Assembly (NCBI GenBank): GCA_002269645.1
Contig: NIVC01002189.1
Coordinates: 124,001-188,000, forward strand
Length of the DNA: 64,000 nucleotides
Source of the DNA: Macrostomum lignano
Lineage: Eukaryota
Direction of reading: 5' to 3'
The notes below the pieces were generated by a model. That model had not been told where the DNA came from. It saw only the letters and a program-made list of their open reading frames with translations, and searched no databases. The position numbers and the translations under genes were made by a program. Shown in pieces: positions 1 through 13,604 of this stretch (the stretch's first letter is position 1; every line of letters begins with the position of its first letter).

Positions 1-30
1 TCGCCGAGCACTCGATGTAGGAGACGGCGC
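1..30 (-). CDS. RHOA: RhoA/Rho1 GTPase, coding exon 3 (partial, runs off window edge)
   Basis: Reverse complement reads (G)AVSYIECSA after a ...ctgttcAG acceptor; its phase matches the preceding exon ending ATC-G. Confidence 0.9.
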
Positions 31-77
31 CTGAACAGTTCGGGTGGGGACAAATGAGAACTCGGGAGTTACTCGGT

Positions 78-910
78 CCAGCAACTGAGGATCTGGGAGG
101 CTGGCCCAGCAACTGGAAATCTGGGAGGCTGGCCCAGCAACTGAGGATCTGGGAGGCTGGCCCAGCAACTGAGGATCTGGGAGGCTGGCCCAGCAACTGA
201 GGATCTGGGAGGCTGGCCCAGCAACTGAGGATCTGGGAGGCTGGCCCAGCAACTGAGGATCTGGGAGGCTGGCCCAGCAACTGAGGATCTGGGAGGCTGG
301 CCCAGCAACTGAGGATCTGGGAGGCTGGCCCAGCAACTGAGAATCTGGGAGGCGGGCCAAGAAACTGAGGATCTTGGAAGCTGGCCCAGCAACTGCGGAT
401 CTGGGAGGCTGACCCAGCAACTGAGGATCTGGGGACCTGGAAGGCTGGCCAAGAAACTGAGGATCTGGGAGGCTGGCCCAGCAACTGAGGATCTGGGGAC
501 CTGGAAGGCTGGCCAAGCAACTGAGGATCTGGGGACCTGGAAAGCTGGCCAAGCAACTGAGGATCTGGGAGGCTGGCCCAGCAACTGGAAATCTGGGAGG
601 CTGGCCTAGCAACTGGGGATCTGGGAGACTGGCCCAGTAACTGGAAATCTGGGAGGCTGGCCCAGCAACTGAGGATCTGGGAGGCTGGCCCAGCAACTGA
701 GGATCTGGGAGGCTGGCCCAGCAACTGAGGATCTGGGAGGCGGGCCAAGAAACTGAGGATCTGGGAGGCGGGCCAAGAAACTGAGGATCTGGGAGGCTGG
801 CCCAGCAACTGAGGATCTGGGGACCTGGAAGGCTGGCCAAGCAACTGAGGATCTGGGAGGCTGGCCCAGCAACTGGAAATCTGGGAGGCTGGCCTAGCAA
901 CTGGGGATCA
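78..910. repeat. 28-bp minisatellite filling RhoA intron (unit gcaactgaggatctgggaggctggccca, ~28 copies with variants)
   Basis: Tandem periodicity directly visible; occupies almost the whole 887-bp intron 31-917. Confidence 0.95.
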
Positions 911-917
911 GTCTCAC

Positions 918-1215
918 CGATCCGCTCGGCCATAGCGCGGCCGTCTTCGGACCGAACCAGCTCCTGGCGCATCTTGGCCAGTTCGTGTCGGGTCCGCTCG
1001 TCATTGCGCAGATCCTTCTTATTGCCAATTAGGATGATTGGCACATTCGGACAGAAGTGCTTCACCTCGGGCGTCCACTTCTCGGAGATGTTCTCCAGCG
1101 AGTCTGGCGAGTCGATGGCGAAGCACATGAGGATCACATCCGTGTCCGGGTAGGAGAGCGGCCGGAGCCGGTCGTAGTCTTCCTGACCGGCCGTGTCCCA
1201 CAGTGCGAGTTCAAC
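918..1215 (-). CDS. RHOA: RhoA/Rho1 GTPase, coding exon 2
   Basis: Translates [99 protein letters not shown] (G3 and G4 motifs). AG acceptor at 1217-1216, GTGAG donor at 917. Confidence 0.97.
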
Positions 1216-1242
1216 CTGTACACGTGATGAGGCGGTAACAGG

Positions 1243-2105
1243 TGCATTCACCTGGGTTGGGACCGGTCCATTCACCTGGGTTGGGACCGGTGCAGTCACA
1301 ATGGGTTGGGACCGGTGCATTCACCTGGGTTGGGACCGGTGCAGTCACAATGGGTTGGAACCAGTTCAGTCACTTGGGTTGAAACTGGTGCATTCACCTG
1401 GGTTGGGACTGGTGCATTCACCTGGGTTGGGACTGGTGCATTCACCTGGGTTGGGACCGGTGCAGTCACAATGGGTTGGGACCGGTGCAGTCACAATGGG
1501 TTGGGACCGCTGCAGTCACAATGGGTTGGGACTGGTGCATTCACCTGGGTTGGGACTGGTGCATTCACCTGGGTTGAGACCGGTGCAGTCACAATGGGTT
1601 GGAACCAACAGTCACCTGGGTTGGGACTGGTGCATTCACCTGGGTTGGGACTGGTGCATTCACCTGGGTTGGGACCGGTGCAGTCACAATGGGTTGGAAC
1701 CAACAGTCACCTGGGTTGGGACTGGTGCATTCACCTGGGTTGGGACCGGTGCAGTCACAATGGGTTGGAACCAACAGTCACCTGGGTTGGGACTGGTGCA
1801 TTCACCTGGGTTGGGACTGGTGCAGTCACAATGGGTTGGAACCAACAGTCACCTGGGTTGGGACTGGTGCATTCACCTGGGTTGGGACTGGTGCAGTCAC
1901 AATGGGTTGGAACCAACAGTCACCTGGGTTGGGACTGGTGCATTCACCTGGGCTGGAACTGGTGCAGTCACAATGGGTTGGAACCAACACAGTCACCTGG
2001 GTTGGGACTGGTGCATTCACCTGGGTTGAAGCTGATGAAGTCACATGGGCTGGAACTGGTGCAGTCACAATGGGTTGGAACCAACACAGTCACCTGGGTT
2101 GGGCC
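1243..2105. repeat. 24/25-bp compound minisatellite in RhoA intron (cattcacctgggttgggactggtg / cagtcacaatgggttgggaccggtg)
   Basis: Tandem variant units directly visible; source of spurious ORFs 1193-2151. Confidence 0.95.
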
Positions 2106-2267
2106 TGGTGTGTGTTGGGATACCACCTCCATTGGGAGTAGTTCTATTTAAGTGTATCCCATAAGTGCACATCCCAGATAAATTATTAGGACAGAGGTTA
2201 ACCTATGCTTCTTTCTTCGCATCCGCTAATGGCAAAATTAGAATTTAAATCAGACAAATTATTGTTA

Positions 2268-2426
<159 letters not shown>

Positions 2427-3422
2427 CTACAATATTCCTTTGATTTTGAAAATAAAACTTAATTTAAAAGCATGCAATTATTTAATGGTATATGTTTTAA
2501 CTTTACGTAGGATAATTCCTTGAATTATAATTTTTTAAAAATGGTCTAAAGAGCAACAAGGAACTATAGAACCAGGTGTTCCATTTTTTATTTCAGAATG
2601 AAACCAAGTCAACTATGCATATATATTACTAGCACATTAAGCCCCCAGTAGGGGGCATTCAAATTCAAAATTCAAACATTAAAAGCAAAAAAACATTGCT
2701 TTTCAAATATTTGAATCACTTTCAAAATGAAATTTTCATTGTTTAAAATTTAATAGAAGCACACTAAAGCATCCATGGCAGGCATTCAAATTTAAAATTC
2801 AAGCATAGAAAGCATTGTAAATCATTTTAAAAATATTTTTATATACTAATTGTTGTGCCCGTGCACTTGCCTTGCCAAAGTGCACTCTGCACCCCCCACA
2901 AGGCATACCATATTTGTTTTGTAGTGCCCATGTGCTTGCACTGCTAAAGTGTACTCTGCCCCCCCCACGTGGCATACCATATTTGTTTTGGTGTTATATG
3001 CTCAGTGGTGTAAGCTGCTTAGCTGCCATTGTGTTCTCTGTGTGCTAGTTGGCTGAGCCACCCTGTCTGGCCCTAGCCCTGGGCTGCCCCTCCCCTAGCT
3101 ATGCTGTGATTGGCCAGTGGTTGGCTGGACTGGGGTGGTACGGCGTGGCCTTTAAAGGCGCAGCCAGGGTGGGTGGCTGCCTGCCCATCTGTTTTCTGCA
3201 CTCTCTAATGGAGGCCGACTACCATTTCTCTAGACTGTCCTCCCTACCACACAAACAATAAACATTGACCATTGGGTCTGCCAGCCGCGAACAGACTTCA
3301 GCTGCAATTAATTGACTGCATACGCAAGGGTGAGCTATACATGAAGTAAGTCACTGCCTTGTCTCCTTCATTTTGGGGGCTATAGCACGGGCAGTCCATG
3401 TGTCCTGATGCTGAATAAGGGG

Positions 3423-3717
3423 CATACATGCGCAACCTCCAAAATTCGGTCGGCCATGCGACTTAGTTTTAACAAAAATGCGACATAGTTTTTGGCCAAA
3501 AATGCGACTTACATGTAAAAAAACCTAAAGCAAAATTAACGCAACTTTGGGTAAACGGCAGGAGTAACTATGACTGTCTTATAAGGCCAAAATGCCTCGT
3601 CAGCTACTTAGTACTACTACTTGGGTTTTTTTGGGTGGGCATTTTTGCGACTTCCTTGGTTCACCACCAAATCGGTCGGCCGGATCGGCCGACTCGGCCG
3701 ACTGTTGCGCATGTATG
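3423..3717. mobile_element. hAT-type MITE, 295 bp
   Basis: 14-bp perfect TIR CATACATGCGCAAC; perfect 8-bp TSD ATAAGGGG (3415-3422, 3718-3725). Confidence 0.85.
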
Positions 3718-4899
3718 ATAAGGGGGGACTAGGCCAGGTAGTCAGCCAAGGACCACCCTATACCATAAGCCTGCTGTATGTAGATGCTAGCTCATGTGCC
3801 CTGATGCCCTGCTGAAGGTGATTGACATCACAGCGTCCTTACGTGTATGCTGGCCACTTGGGTGCATCTTGACACCCTAGACTTAGGGTCCAATGCAGAC
3901 ACTTGCACCCTGATGCAGGCTAGCATAGGCCTATATACTCTGACCCTCGTACATGCACCTATCCTGAGTACAACATAATTTGCCAAATGAATCTGATTTA
4001 TAATTGGGCCCATTAGCTAGTGCTATCTTCAATTGCACCACCCTCTCTGGTATGTTGTGAAAATAGCACAAGATCATAGCAGTTTAGGGGTTAAAGAAAA
4101 AAAGGCTTGGTCCACACACATTGCATTTCAGACCAGCTTTAACCCCCACCCCTCTCTTTCATTGACATCTTATTAGACTGGTTGGTAAATGAAAAAATTC
4201 AATCAACCCTACAATTTAAATTGCAAAGTGTGAAGGGTCATAAAACTCATGTATACTATAAATTAGCCAAGAAGAGGCCTAAATGGTTGAACTGAGCAAT
4301 TAAATTTAGAAACCGAGCATCATTGAAAGCATTAAAAATCATTTTTCAAATATTTTAACCCTTCCCATTGAATTTTCTTATAAAAAAAGTAATGCATGAC
4401 TGCAAAAAAAATTCTACTCTAAAATTGTTTTAAAAAAATATACATATTTTTATTGTTTTTCATTTTAACAATTATTAAAAAAAATTAAAGCTAATTTAAG
4501 AAAATCAACAATAGACAGACAAACAAACAGACAGAAAAACAATGCAAAATTAGTATATAGATATAGAAAAGCATTTTTTACTTTTACTTTGTCATTTTTC
4601 TCAGGATTCTAAACGTCTTTTGTATGTTGATCTTGCCAGCTTGCTAGCCATAGTTGAAATAGATAGTACAATGTTATTTCATTTAAATGTATAATTGGTT
4701 GGCACACAGCAACAGCTCTTATCATAGCAATGCATATAGTCTGTCATGTTTTATATGAATAAAAAGGTAGTCCAAACAACTTACAATAATAGGAACTTTG
4801 TTTAAGTAGACATTTGCCATTTAATTTTATTAAATAAAAATTAATAACAAGCAACCAATCAGCTACTGAGCAAGTAGTTGCTACTAGGCTAATCAATGC

Positions 4900-5900
4900 T
4901 AAGGGATATGAAATATGATAACAATGAGATTCTCATATTACATATATTGTTCTATTTTCTACTATTTATTTCTTTAAGTCTTCTGTCAATTTAGTGAAGT
5001 CAGTGGTCTTCTGCTATTGGATAATGATAACATTGCTACCAAGCCTAAATTATATATATGATACTGATATAGAGATAGAAGGCAACTCTAAATCTAGTCT
5101 TGATCACATTGATAAACTTAAAGGCAAGCTTTATACCATTGCTGAGCTTAGCAATATTGAAGAAGCTTTGCAATTGGAGCATCATAAGCAACTTCCGCAA
5201 TATTCATTTTGTGGCTAGCATTGCACTGACATGGCTAAAGCATTGAATATAGATTTGCAGCTTTGTACCTAATTTCAATAGGCATTTTGTTAAGGTCTAC
5301 ATTCTGGAATGCCCAACATCAAAGCTCAAAGACTCATCAAAAGCTACTAAATAAAACTTATAGAACCATGAAGCAATTGAGCAACTTGTTCAAGTCCGCT
5401 TTGCAGCTAGTACTGAATCAAATCATGGAGGGTCTTGCCATTTTACTTCTAATGAGGTTTTCTTGCTTTTTAAGGAGTCATAATGACCCTAATAATCATA
5501 GTATTCAATGTATTATAGAAAGAAGAAAAAGCCTATCTTTAGTATTGCTCAGCTGTTATTAATGCAATAGTAGCAAGAATAGAGATTTGGCCTTGAATTT
5601 AACAACTTGGGATACCAATTGGCAATGGCTTTCTACCTTATATTCTGTCTAACTTGGCTACAGAAATATGATTAAAGCAAGATAGTATTAGTCAGAAAGG
5701 CAATACAGGATAATATAGAGAATGAATATATCAATACCAATATTTCTATATCAATTATAGTAGCAATAGAGGACTTGTCCATTCTAAAGTATATAAGCAA
5801 CTAAAATTCTAGACAAATCTAGAAAATGACATGGTTTACCATTATTAGGCAGAATCAATACAAAAAGACTTAGGCTTCTAAAACAAATGCCAATGCTATT
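4900..5900 (+). pseudogene. Possible highly degenerate transposase remnant (hAT-like?)
   Basis: Fragmentary protein-like frames; attcattttgtggctagcattgc near 5200 resembles a decayed IHCxAH motif; many stops. Confidence 0.2.
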
Positions 5901-6809
5901 GTCAATCTATTTCTAGATTACAAGTAGAAGCCAAAATATATAATATTAGATAAAATATTCCAAAAGACCAAAATTTTGGCTAATGAATTATATGTGTAGT
6001 AGGGCATTATTTTAGGAATGGGAATTAGTAGCGAAGCAGATATGCTTTTTGCCTACTGTCAGTAGTTTAGGTTTGGGAAAGTAATTAGAGTGGGGGAAAA
6101 TCGCTAGTTTTCGGGATTCCCTAGAAGTATAGAACAGTTTGGGGCTTGGGAAAGCAGTTTTTTGCTGGCTGGCGGGAGATCTCAGAAATTAGGAAGGTAA
6201 GAGGCAGGGAGTATTGGGAAAATTTTAAGTAAAACTGTTGATGTAGTTGATGCCAAAACAGTACACCTACAGGTAGTCAATGCCTGACATTTTGCACCAA
6301 CCATTGCATGCTATTTTCATTTTGTTTTTTTGAAGTATAAAACTTTTGTCAAATAATTCGGTTTTCCTGAGTCAATCCTTTGTCTCTACAATAATAGGAC
6401 TAGGGAAACAGGAAGCCTGATGGCAGCGATTCTACCAAATCTCAACCAGTAAAATCCACTAATAAAAAATCCTTAGCAATAGAAAACCAGTAGCCTAAAC
6501 CACAGGTAGCACGACTTGTCCATATGTTTAGTATATAGTTTGGCACTAAGCTTTGTCTTTAAATCAATAGTACTATAGTCATGTGCAAAAGTAAGTAAAC
6601 CCCAAACAAAATGAGAAAAACTGTTATAATTTCTGAACAGTTAGCTCTATTTTAATAGAACTGCATCACAGTGATCCTTATTAACTAGTAGTTATTTTGA
6701 TACATCAAGCTTTTAAAAACTCTGAGTGGCTAAGGAGCTGTGGCCAAAAATGCTCAAACATACCTTTGCAAAAGTAAGTACACCTGCCTTTTACTGCTAG
6801 TAAAACCTC

Positions 6810-7310
6810 TTCAGTGCAAATGCAAGCCACTACAAGTACATTGCCAGTAGCCTCACTGCCTATTATGTCACTAGCTACTTAAGAGTCATTTCTTATCTCT
6901 CCTTACACTTCTCTTATCTCTACAATTTTATCTTTTCTCTCTTCCCATTACTTTCTCATCACTCTATTCACCTCTTTCCTTTCTGCTTTCCACTCTCTTA
7001 TCTCCTCTCATCTGCAGCTATTTGCTCTCTTATCTCTACTCTCTTCTTTCTCTCTCTCCTCTTTATTTGCTTTTCTCTACTCCCTCTTCTTTCATCTTAT
7101 CTCTTTTATCTTGCTTCACATCTTTCCTCTCTCCTCTCTCATTGTCCTCACCCTCATCTCTCCTATTATCTTATATCTTTTCTCTTATCTTCTCTTTTGC
7201 CTCTCCCATCTTTTCAAATTGTCTACTTCTTTTTCTTTCCACTCTCATTTGTCCCTTAGCCATTAGCTGGATTCTTTATCTGGCCTTTGAGGTAAGTCTA
7301 CTAATCCCTA
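6810..7310 (-). mobile_element. hAT/Charlie-like non-autonomous element with polypurine core (decayed copy)
   Basis: Reverse complement of 7255-7310 (tagggattagtagacttacctcaaaggccagataaagaatccagct) matches the left ends at 12629 and 61574; CT-rich core 6890-7250. Right end uncertain. Confidence 0.55.
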
Positions 7311-7959
7311 CTTGGAAAGCCAGTTTGTAGGACATAGTACTCTCACAGTTGTTTTCATGCTTTGATCACATCATCTTTCTGGCTAATTTGTGGCCCTGAG
7401 AGAAGAAATGTATTTTTAGCTCCACTGTATTCTGCTGTCTATATCAGTCTAACAACCAAGGAAATATACAGTTCTTAGAAGGTCATTTAAATTTTAGAAT
7501 ACCAACCTTTAAGTGAAACTAAATGTTAAAACTTCCATGGTATGACTTGTATTGTATTGGCATCACTTTTTTACCCTATTGGAATAAGTTGATAAAATGT
7601 GGACAACCATCTGTCACATTTTTGGATTCTCCTGGTGTCAGACACGTGACAGTGGTGTCAAGTGGTGTGTCTTGTTGCGCAACACTGTGGAAACCTGGTG
7701 TCGTCATGCCTCAGTCACGCAGGTTAATCAGGGCTTTTTCATAAATCTTTTGCTTTTATAAACCATGAATCCATGATTGATTGCCTTGATTTGCCAATTG
7801 CTATTAACTATTAAACTGCTCTAGAGTTTGTTTATATATAGGGCAATGGTTAGAATTTCTCATTAAACTGTCATGGCTAAATGTAGCCTCTTTACTCTCA
7901 GGGTGCAAAGAAGTTTATAAATAAAGTTATTCCAAAACACTATATATTGCTATATATAT

Positions 7960-8736
7960 TCAGCCATATTGCCTGACCCTTAATCTAGCTTTGGTCAATC
8001 TAGGGGAATGAGTGAGTGGGTAAGTGGCAAAAGCAAAAACAATAGAAAAAGAAAACAAACTTAACATGCTTACAGTTTCTATACTGATTAAGTTATAGAA
8101 TTGAATCTTTATATTTAGACAGAGAATGAGTTAATGAAGAATTATCAAGTTTGAAATCAATTGCTTAATGTGGAGCAAACTTATGGTAGCCAAAAGTTTG
8201 TCAATTTTATAACCCCTTTTATACATCTAGGCCCAAATTGAAAAAAGAGGCAGACAGAGGTTAGGGTGGCTATCTCATTGAAGAAATAGCCTAACTTTAA
8301 AAATACACACTGCCATTTAGGATTAACTTTAAGATTTTAAATTTGACATAATTATGCCAAATTGTTGAAGATTGTTTGTGTCAAATTTGAAGACAATTAG
8401 TAAAAATAGAATGGCACTAGAGAGGATTTAGTGAAAAATTATGGACAAGCAAATATACAAACCTTAAAGTCATACAGATTTAGATTGCATATTTTAAGCA
8501 CTTTTTGCACTTTTCGGTAAGAAGACTCAAATTTAAGAAATTTTAAGGTAGCCTATAATACTTTCCATAGTAAATTTAGACTAGAGGGGTGCAAAGTTTG
8601 GTTTAATTTGGTTGAGCCCCCCTAGTTTGGGAGTCTATACCAAAGTTAAATAATTTATATACACACATACAGTCATACACAATACACATATATACAGAGA
8701 AAAGAGAGAGAGAGTTTTCATTTTTATAGGTAGAGA
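7960..8736 (-). mobile_element. Helitron/Helentron-like non-autonomous repeat, CpG-decayed copy
   Basis: Starts TCTACCTATAAAAATGAAAAC plus a dinucleotide tract; collinear homology to 11461-12145 in the opposite orientation. Confidence 0.6.
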
Positions 8737-9239
8737 TTTATTTCAGTTACCATGTAAATAACACTGACAGTATTTGCATGGTAGTACAGTACTATGCAAA
8801 TAGTGTTTCAATTGCCAAAATAAAATAGCTAAATAATTTCCTAATTTACACAAAGTCACAAATTTAGACTTGGTTGTGCACAAAATTTCTATTTTATTTG
8901 CTTGATGTTATGTCAATGTTTATGATCTATGACTACAATAGAATAATAATTTATAAATTTGGTCTGTTTTATCCATCTATTATAATTAAATTATAAGTAA
9001 AAAAGCATAGATCATAAAAAGGTTCTAATTTTTTTATCTCGCTCTATGCTTCAATAGTAGTATAATATAATCATATTTATCTATTATCCCTATCTTGTTA
9101 GGGATATATTCAAGGCTTCATCAACATACAATCTATACTATAAAAATATCATGTTACAGCCCTTCCCTAAGGCTATAGATGGACCAATGGCAATGAAAAC
9201 ATTCTTAAAAATGTTTAAGGGCCTTTAAATGTTTTATTT

Positions 9240-9700
9240 CGTGTTTTAATGTTAAGAACCGTTCCTCATAATAAAATGCTATTGTAAATAAATTTATGGT
9301 TCATATTTCGATTTCGATTCACGTAACTAGGCCTATTCAACGAAAAATAAGTTTAACAAGCGGTAAAACTTGAAAAAGTGCGGGAAATTATTTCCTGTTC
9401 GTAAATCACGAAAATGGATTACGTATTCAGATGCAAAGCATTATGTAATTTATGTTATTACGTCGTAATAAATGAAATATTGCAAATTGCGCCGAAAAAT
9501 ATTTAAAAAAGAAACAAAAAATTGATACGATAGATATTCATTTGCAAATTTAAGTCAATTTTAATATTTAAGAATTACTTAAAGAAAAACGACTAGCGAA
9601 CAATTAACTACTTGGCAGGTATTTCAACGATGAAATTATCGAATCGAAAGTAAAAATGCTATTTAAAGACGTAAAGACGGTCTCTGACTGTTTTTACCCT
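9240..9700 (-). promoter_or_regulatory. Candidate RhoA promoter / non-coding first exon region
   Basis: Abrupt return of CpG-rich AT-rich sequence after ~7 kb of CpG-depleted DNA upstream of an acceptor-adjacent ATG. Inference only; TSS not located. Confidence 0.3.
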
Positions 9701-9719
9701 GGTTGCCTCTCTGGTAGCT

Positions 9720-10950
9720 TGTCTAAGGGTTGTGCGCAATCCGATTGGCCTGGCTTCGGCTAGCCCAATTTCTAAGGGTCCGCCCCGGAGGGGCTGTGCC
9801 CATTCTAAAAATAACCCAATTCTTTTTTCGTACATTCCAATAATTTGGCCATCGGCCCTGGGTTAGGGGTGGTGTACCTGGAGTGAGTTGGAGATCTGGA
9901 CTGCAGTGTGGCTAGAACGGGACTTGAGCCCCCCGGTCGCACCCGCCCTGCAGGAAAGACGACCATTCACATAAGTGTACGGTAGAGCCCAGTTGATGCC
10001 AGCCCTGAGGCTGGCCCTGGGTTAGGGTTCAGGTGCTCCTTTCTGCCATTTTTTTTCTGGGCTGGCATCCTAGCGCGGTTTTATCCCCATACTTTTATGT
10101 TTTTATTCTTTTATCTGGCCATAGAAGCCTTCCAATTCTCGGAGTTATTATTGTGTCTAGGCTCTCATCTCTGACAGTGGATTGAAGTCCTGGGAAGGAT
10201 GTTGTAGCGAGCAACTCTAGCTGGTTGTTGCGAGTGTTAGTTAGCCACTCAAAAAGGTGAAGAAATAGAATGTGGCTGTGCCTGTATATTTATTGTCTGG
10301 TTGAACACAGATTTCCGGTTCATTGAGTGCGCGTTGGGATGTGCTCGAGCAGAGGGAAGTGGATAGGCTGGGTGGGGGTCACGGAGTGCAAACTAGGTGC
10401 CCGAACTGCCTGCCTGCGCATGCTACAGATGTTCGTCCCGAATCGGGGAAAACCGGCTGAGTCCGGTTTCCTCTTGCCCCTTGTGCCCCTCCCCCCCCCC
10501 CTTGGCCTGGCCTCCAATATATATTGAGCTGGATAGGTGATGCCCTTGTGGCTTGCAGCCCTATAGGACGCCCTCGGATACAAGCCTTCCAGACTCGCTC
10601 CAATAGTTAAGCCCTTTCCAAGACTTCTGGATTTCCCCGCTATTGACGGCTTTCAGTAGTATATCAAACATTTTCAATTCCAATTCTGTTTTTCGCGCAC
10701 TCCTGAGGATTTGTCTGCTGGGGGGTAGCCTGGGTGGACTCGGTCCTAGTACCGTCTCTGATTCCACTTTTTGGGTTGGCGGTGTCTTGTACCATAGGCT
10801 TGGGCTAGTAGCTCCAAAATTTCCCCCTGGCCTGACTCCGGGGCCCAATCAGGAGGGTATCTCGGGCTTAGGCCCCTGGAAGTGCCCCTCAGCGGCAGAG
10901 CCCCCCCCCCCCCAGGGCTGATCCGCGGGAAGCAAGCTCTTTCCAGCCCG
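9720..10950 (-). mobile_element. Degenerate GC-rich retroelement-like fragment
   Basis: Broken minus-strand frames include LELLATTSFPG and RQILRSARK..SWKGLN, reminiscent of LINE ORF2 linker regions; adjacent (AAC)n tract. Confidence 0.3.
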
Positions 10951-10993
10951 TTTAACAACAACAACAAAAATGCTATTTATAAATATTAAAGAT

Positions 10994-11333
10994 GTATAAC
11001 ATCATTGCGTAATAGTAATAAACGTGAAAACGCGGTTACGAAAAAGAAGCAACAATGATATATTCCTGCACGGTCACGAGTGCGGGAATGACATCTGCAC
11101 GAGTGCGCGCTAGCGCACGAGTGCACGATGTCCTTCACGCACGAGTGAACGTGAAGGAATTCCATTGTCGGATGATTCATCGTGCAGGAATGCACAAAAC
11201 CGTGCAGGAATGCATTTCTGCGCCTAATGCTTTTTCAGTGAGATTTTACCATAGACATCCATTCCTGCACGCAAAAGAGTGCAAGAATGCCATTCTTGCA
11301 TGGGAAATCAGCCGACAATGATATTGGTTATAC
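10994..11333. mobile_element. MITE-like element with imperfect TIRs
   Basis: gtataac-atcattg versus caatgatattggttatac; internal repeats gcacgagtg and gtgcaggaatg in both orientations. Confidence 0.5.
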
Positions 11334-11460
11334 GTGACGTTCGAGTTCGAAGACGAGTGCCAGTATACAGATGAACAAACTGCAACTATGATTGCTGATG
11401 GAGTATCTTTATTAGTGAATAAACGAACATATTTTTCCGTTTACTTACACGATGAAATAT

Positions 11461-12145
11461 CTCTACATATAAAAATCAAAACTCTGTGTGTGTGTGTGTG
11501 TGTGTGTGGACAATTTTGATCGCTATGGACTCCCAAACCACTCAACCAAATTACACCAAACTTTACACCCACCCTAAACTCACTACGGAAAATGTCTTAG
11601 GCTACCTTTTAATTTCCTAGACTCAAGTCTTCCTACCTAAAAGTACAAAAAACTGCTCAAAATGCGCGATTTTTTCACTAAATCCTCCATAGCGCCGCTC
11701 CACTTCTACCGATTCTCTTCAAATTTGACACAGGCAATTTTCAACTATTTTGACACAATCGTGTAAAATTTCAAATCTCAAAGTTAATCCTGAAAGCCGC
11801 TGTGCATTTTTAAAGTTTGGCTGTTTTTTTCAGCGAGGCAGCCACCCCAACCTCCGCCCGCCTGCCTCTCTTTCCCGATCTGGGCCCAGATGTGTAAAAG
11901 GGTTTCAAAATTGACTAACCTTCAGCTGCCATAAGTTTGCTCCAAGTAAAGCGATTGACTTCAAACTTGACACAATTCTTCATTGACTTATTCTCTGTCT
12001 AAATGTAAAGTTTCAACTCTCTAACTCAATCAGAACAGAAACTGTAAACATGTAAAGTTTGTCTGCTTTTTCTGTTGTTTGTGCCACTCAATCACTCATT
12101 CCCCCAGAGCCAGACGAAGGGTCAGGCGATAGGGCTCAATGTACA
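11461..12145 (+). mobile_element. Helitron/Helentron-like non-autonomous repeat
   Basis: Starts CTCTACATATAAAAATCAAAAC plus (TG)n; homologous to 7960-8736. Confidence 0.6.
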
Positions 12146-12628
12146 TAGCGAATGTACAGTGTTTTGGAATAACTTTATTTATAGCCTTCTCTGCACACCG
12201 AGAGTGGAGAGGCTACGTTTAGCCATGACAGTTTAGTGAGAAATTCTAACCACTGCCCTCCCCTCTGTATTGGCAAACTCTGCAGCAGTTTAACAGTGGA
12301 TGGCAATTGGCAATGGGCAAATCGAGGGAATCCACTATCCAGCATGGTTTGTAAAAGCGAAAGATTTATGAAAAGGCGATGCAATGCAATACAACCCTAC
12401 TAAATTAGTCACACCATGGAAATTTTAGGTTTCTCTTAAAAGTACTTTAAATATTAAATGTCCTAAGAAATGCTTATTTCCTTGGTTGTTAGACTGATGC
12501 AGACTGCAGTGGAGCTGAAAATACACAAATTCCTTTCAGGGCTGCAAATTGGCAAGAAAAATGACGTGATCAAAGCATGAGAACAGCCATGAGAGTAGTA
12601 CGTCCCACAAACTGCATGGCTTACCAAA

Positions 12629-13523
12629 CAGGAATGGGCAGACTTTTACTTCAAAAGCCAGATAAAGAATCCAGCTTATGTGCGGGCCAGATGAGAGTGG
12701 AAAGGAGAAGGAATAGACTATTAGAAGAGAGGAGAGGCGAGACGGGGGGTATGAGAAAACATGGAATATAAGAGGAGAGACAAGTGGTGAGGAGAGAGCA
12801 GAGAAGAAGGGAGGAAGAAGTGAGAGGAGGGGAGAAAGGAGGGAGAGGAAAGAGTAAAGGCGAGAAGAGGGGAGAGATGAGACAGAGGATCGATGAGAGG
12901 AGAGTAGAGAAGAGTGAGAAGAGATGAGAGGAGATGAGAGATGAGAGAGCAGAAAGAAGATGACAGAGGGTCAAGAGGAGATGAGAGATTAGAGAGGAGA
13001 GAGTAGAAAGGATAGAAAAGAGAGGAGATAAGAGGGGGAGAGAAGGGGTGAGAAGAGAAGAGATAGAGATAAGAGAGGGGTGTAAGAAGAGGGGAGAAAG
13101 GAGAGATGAGAGAGTAAAGGGAAGAGGAGGAGAGAGGAAAGAGATGAGATTGTAAAGATGAGACAGATCAAAGAAGAGATGAGAGATGAAAAAGGTGAGA
13201 GGAGAGTGCAGAGAGACGAGAGAAGATAATAGAGGAGAGAGAGTATAGAAAGGGAAAAGAAAAGAAGAGAGGAGTAAGGAAAGAGAGGAGTGAGAAGAGG
13301 TGAAGAGAAGAGTACAGAGGAGATAAGTGAGAGAACGTATAAGAGAGTAAAGATGACAGATGAGAGAGCAGATGAACAGACGAGAGATGGGAGAGTGGAG
13401 AGAACAGAGGAGAGATAAGAGAGAAGAGATTACAGAGACTAGAGGAGAGAGGAGAGACAGGGAGAGAGAAGAGGAAACAGGAGAATGAAGAGGGGAGAGA
13501 GTAGAGAGGAGAAGAGAGATGGG

Positions 13524-13604
<81 letters not shown>

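Noticed and set aside
69-2151. Long ORFs over the two RhoA intronic arrays
   Set aside because: They are translations of 24-28-bp minisatellites lying inside canonical introns.
6576-6790. Tc1-like terminal motif tatagtcatgtgcaaaagtaagta
   Set aside because: No matching inverted end or transposase found nearby.
9905-9990. tRNA-like / PBS-like TGGCTAGAACGGGACTTGAGCCCCC
   Set aside because: Spacing to CCA is about 3 nt too short, there is no cloverleaf, no tRNA end I recognise matches, and there is no paired LTR.
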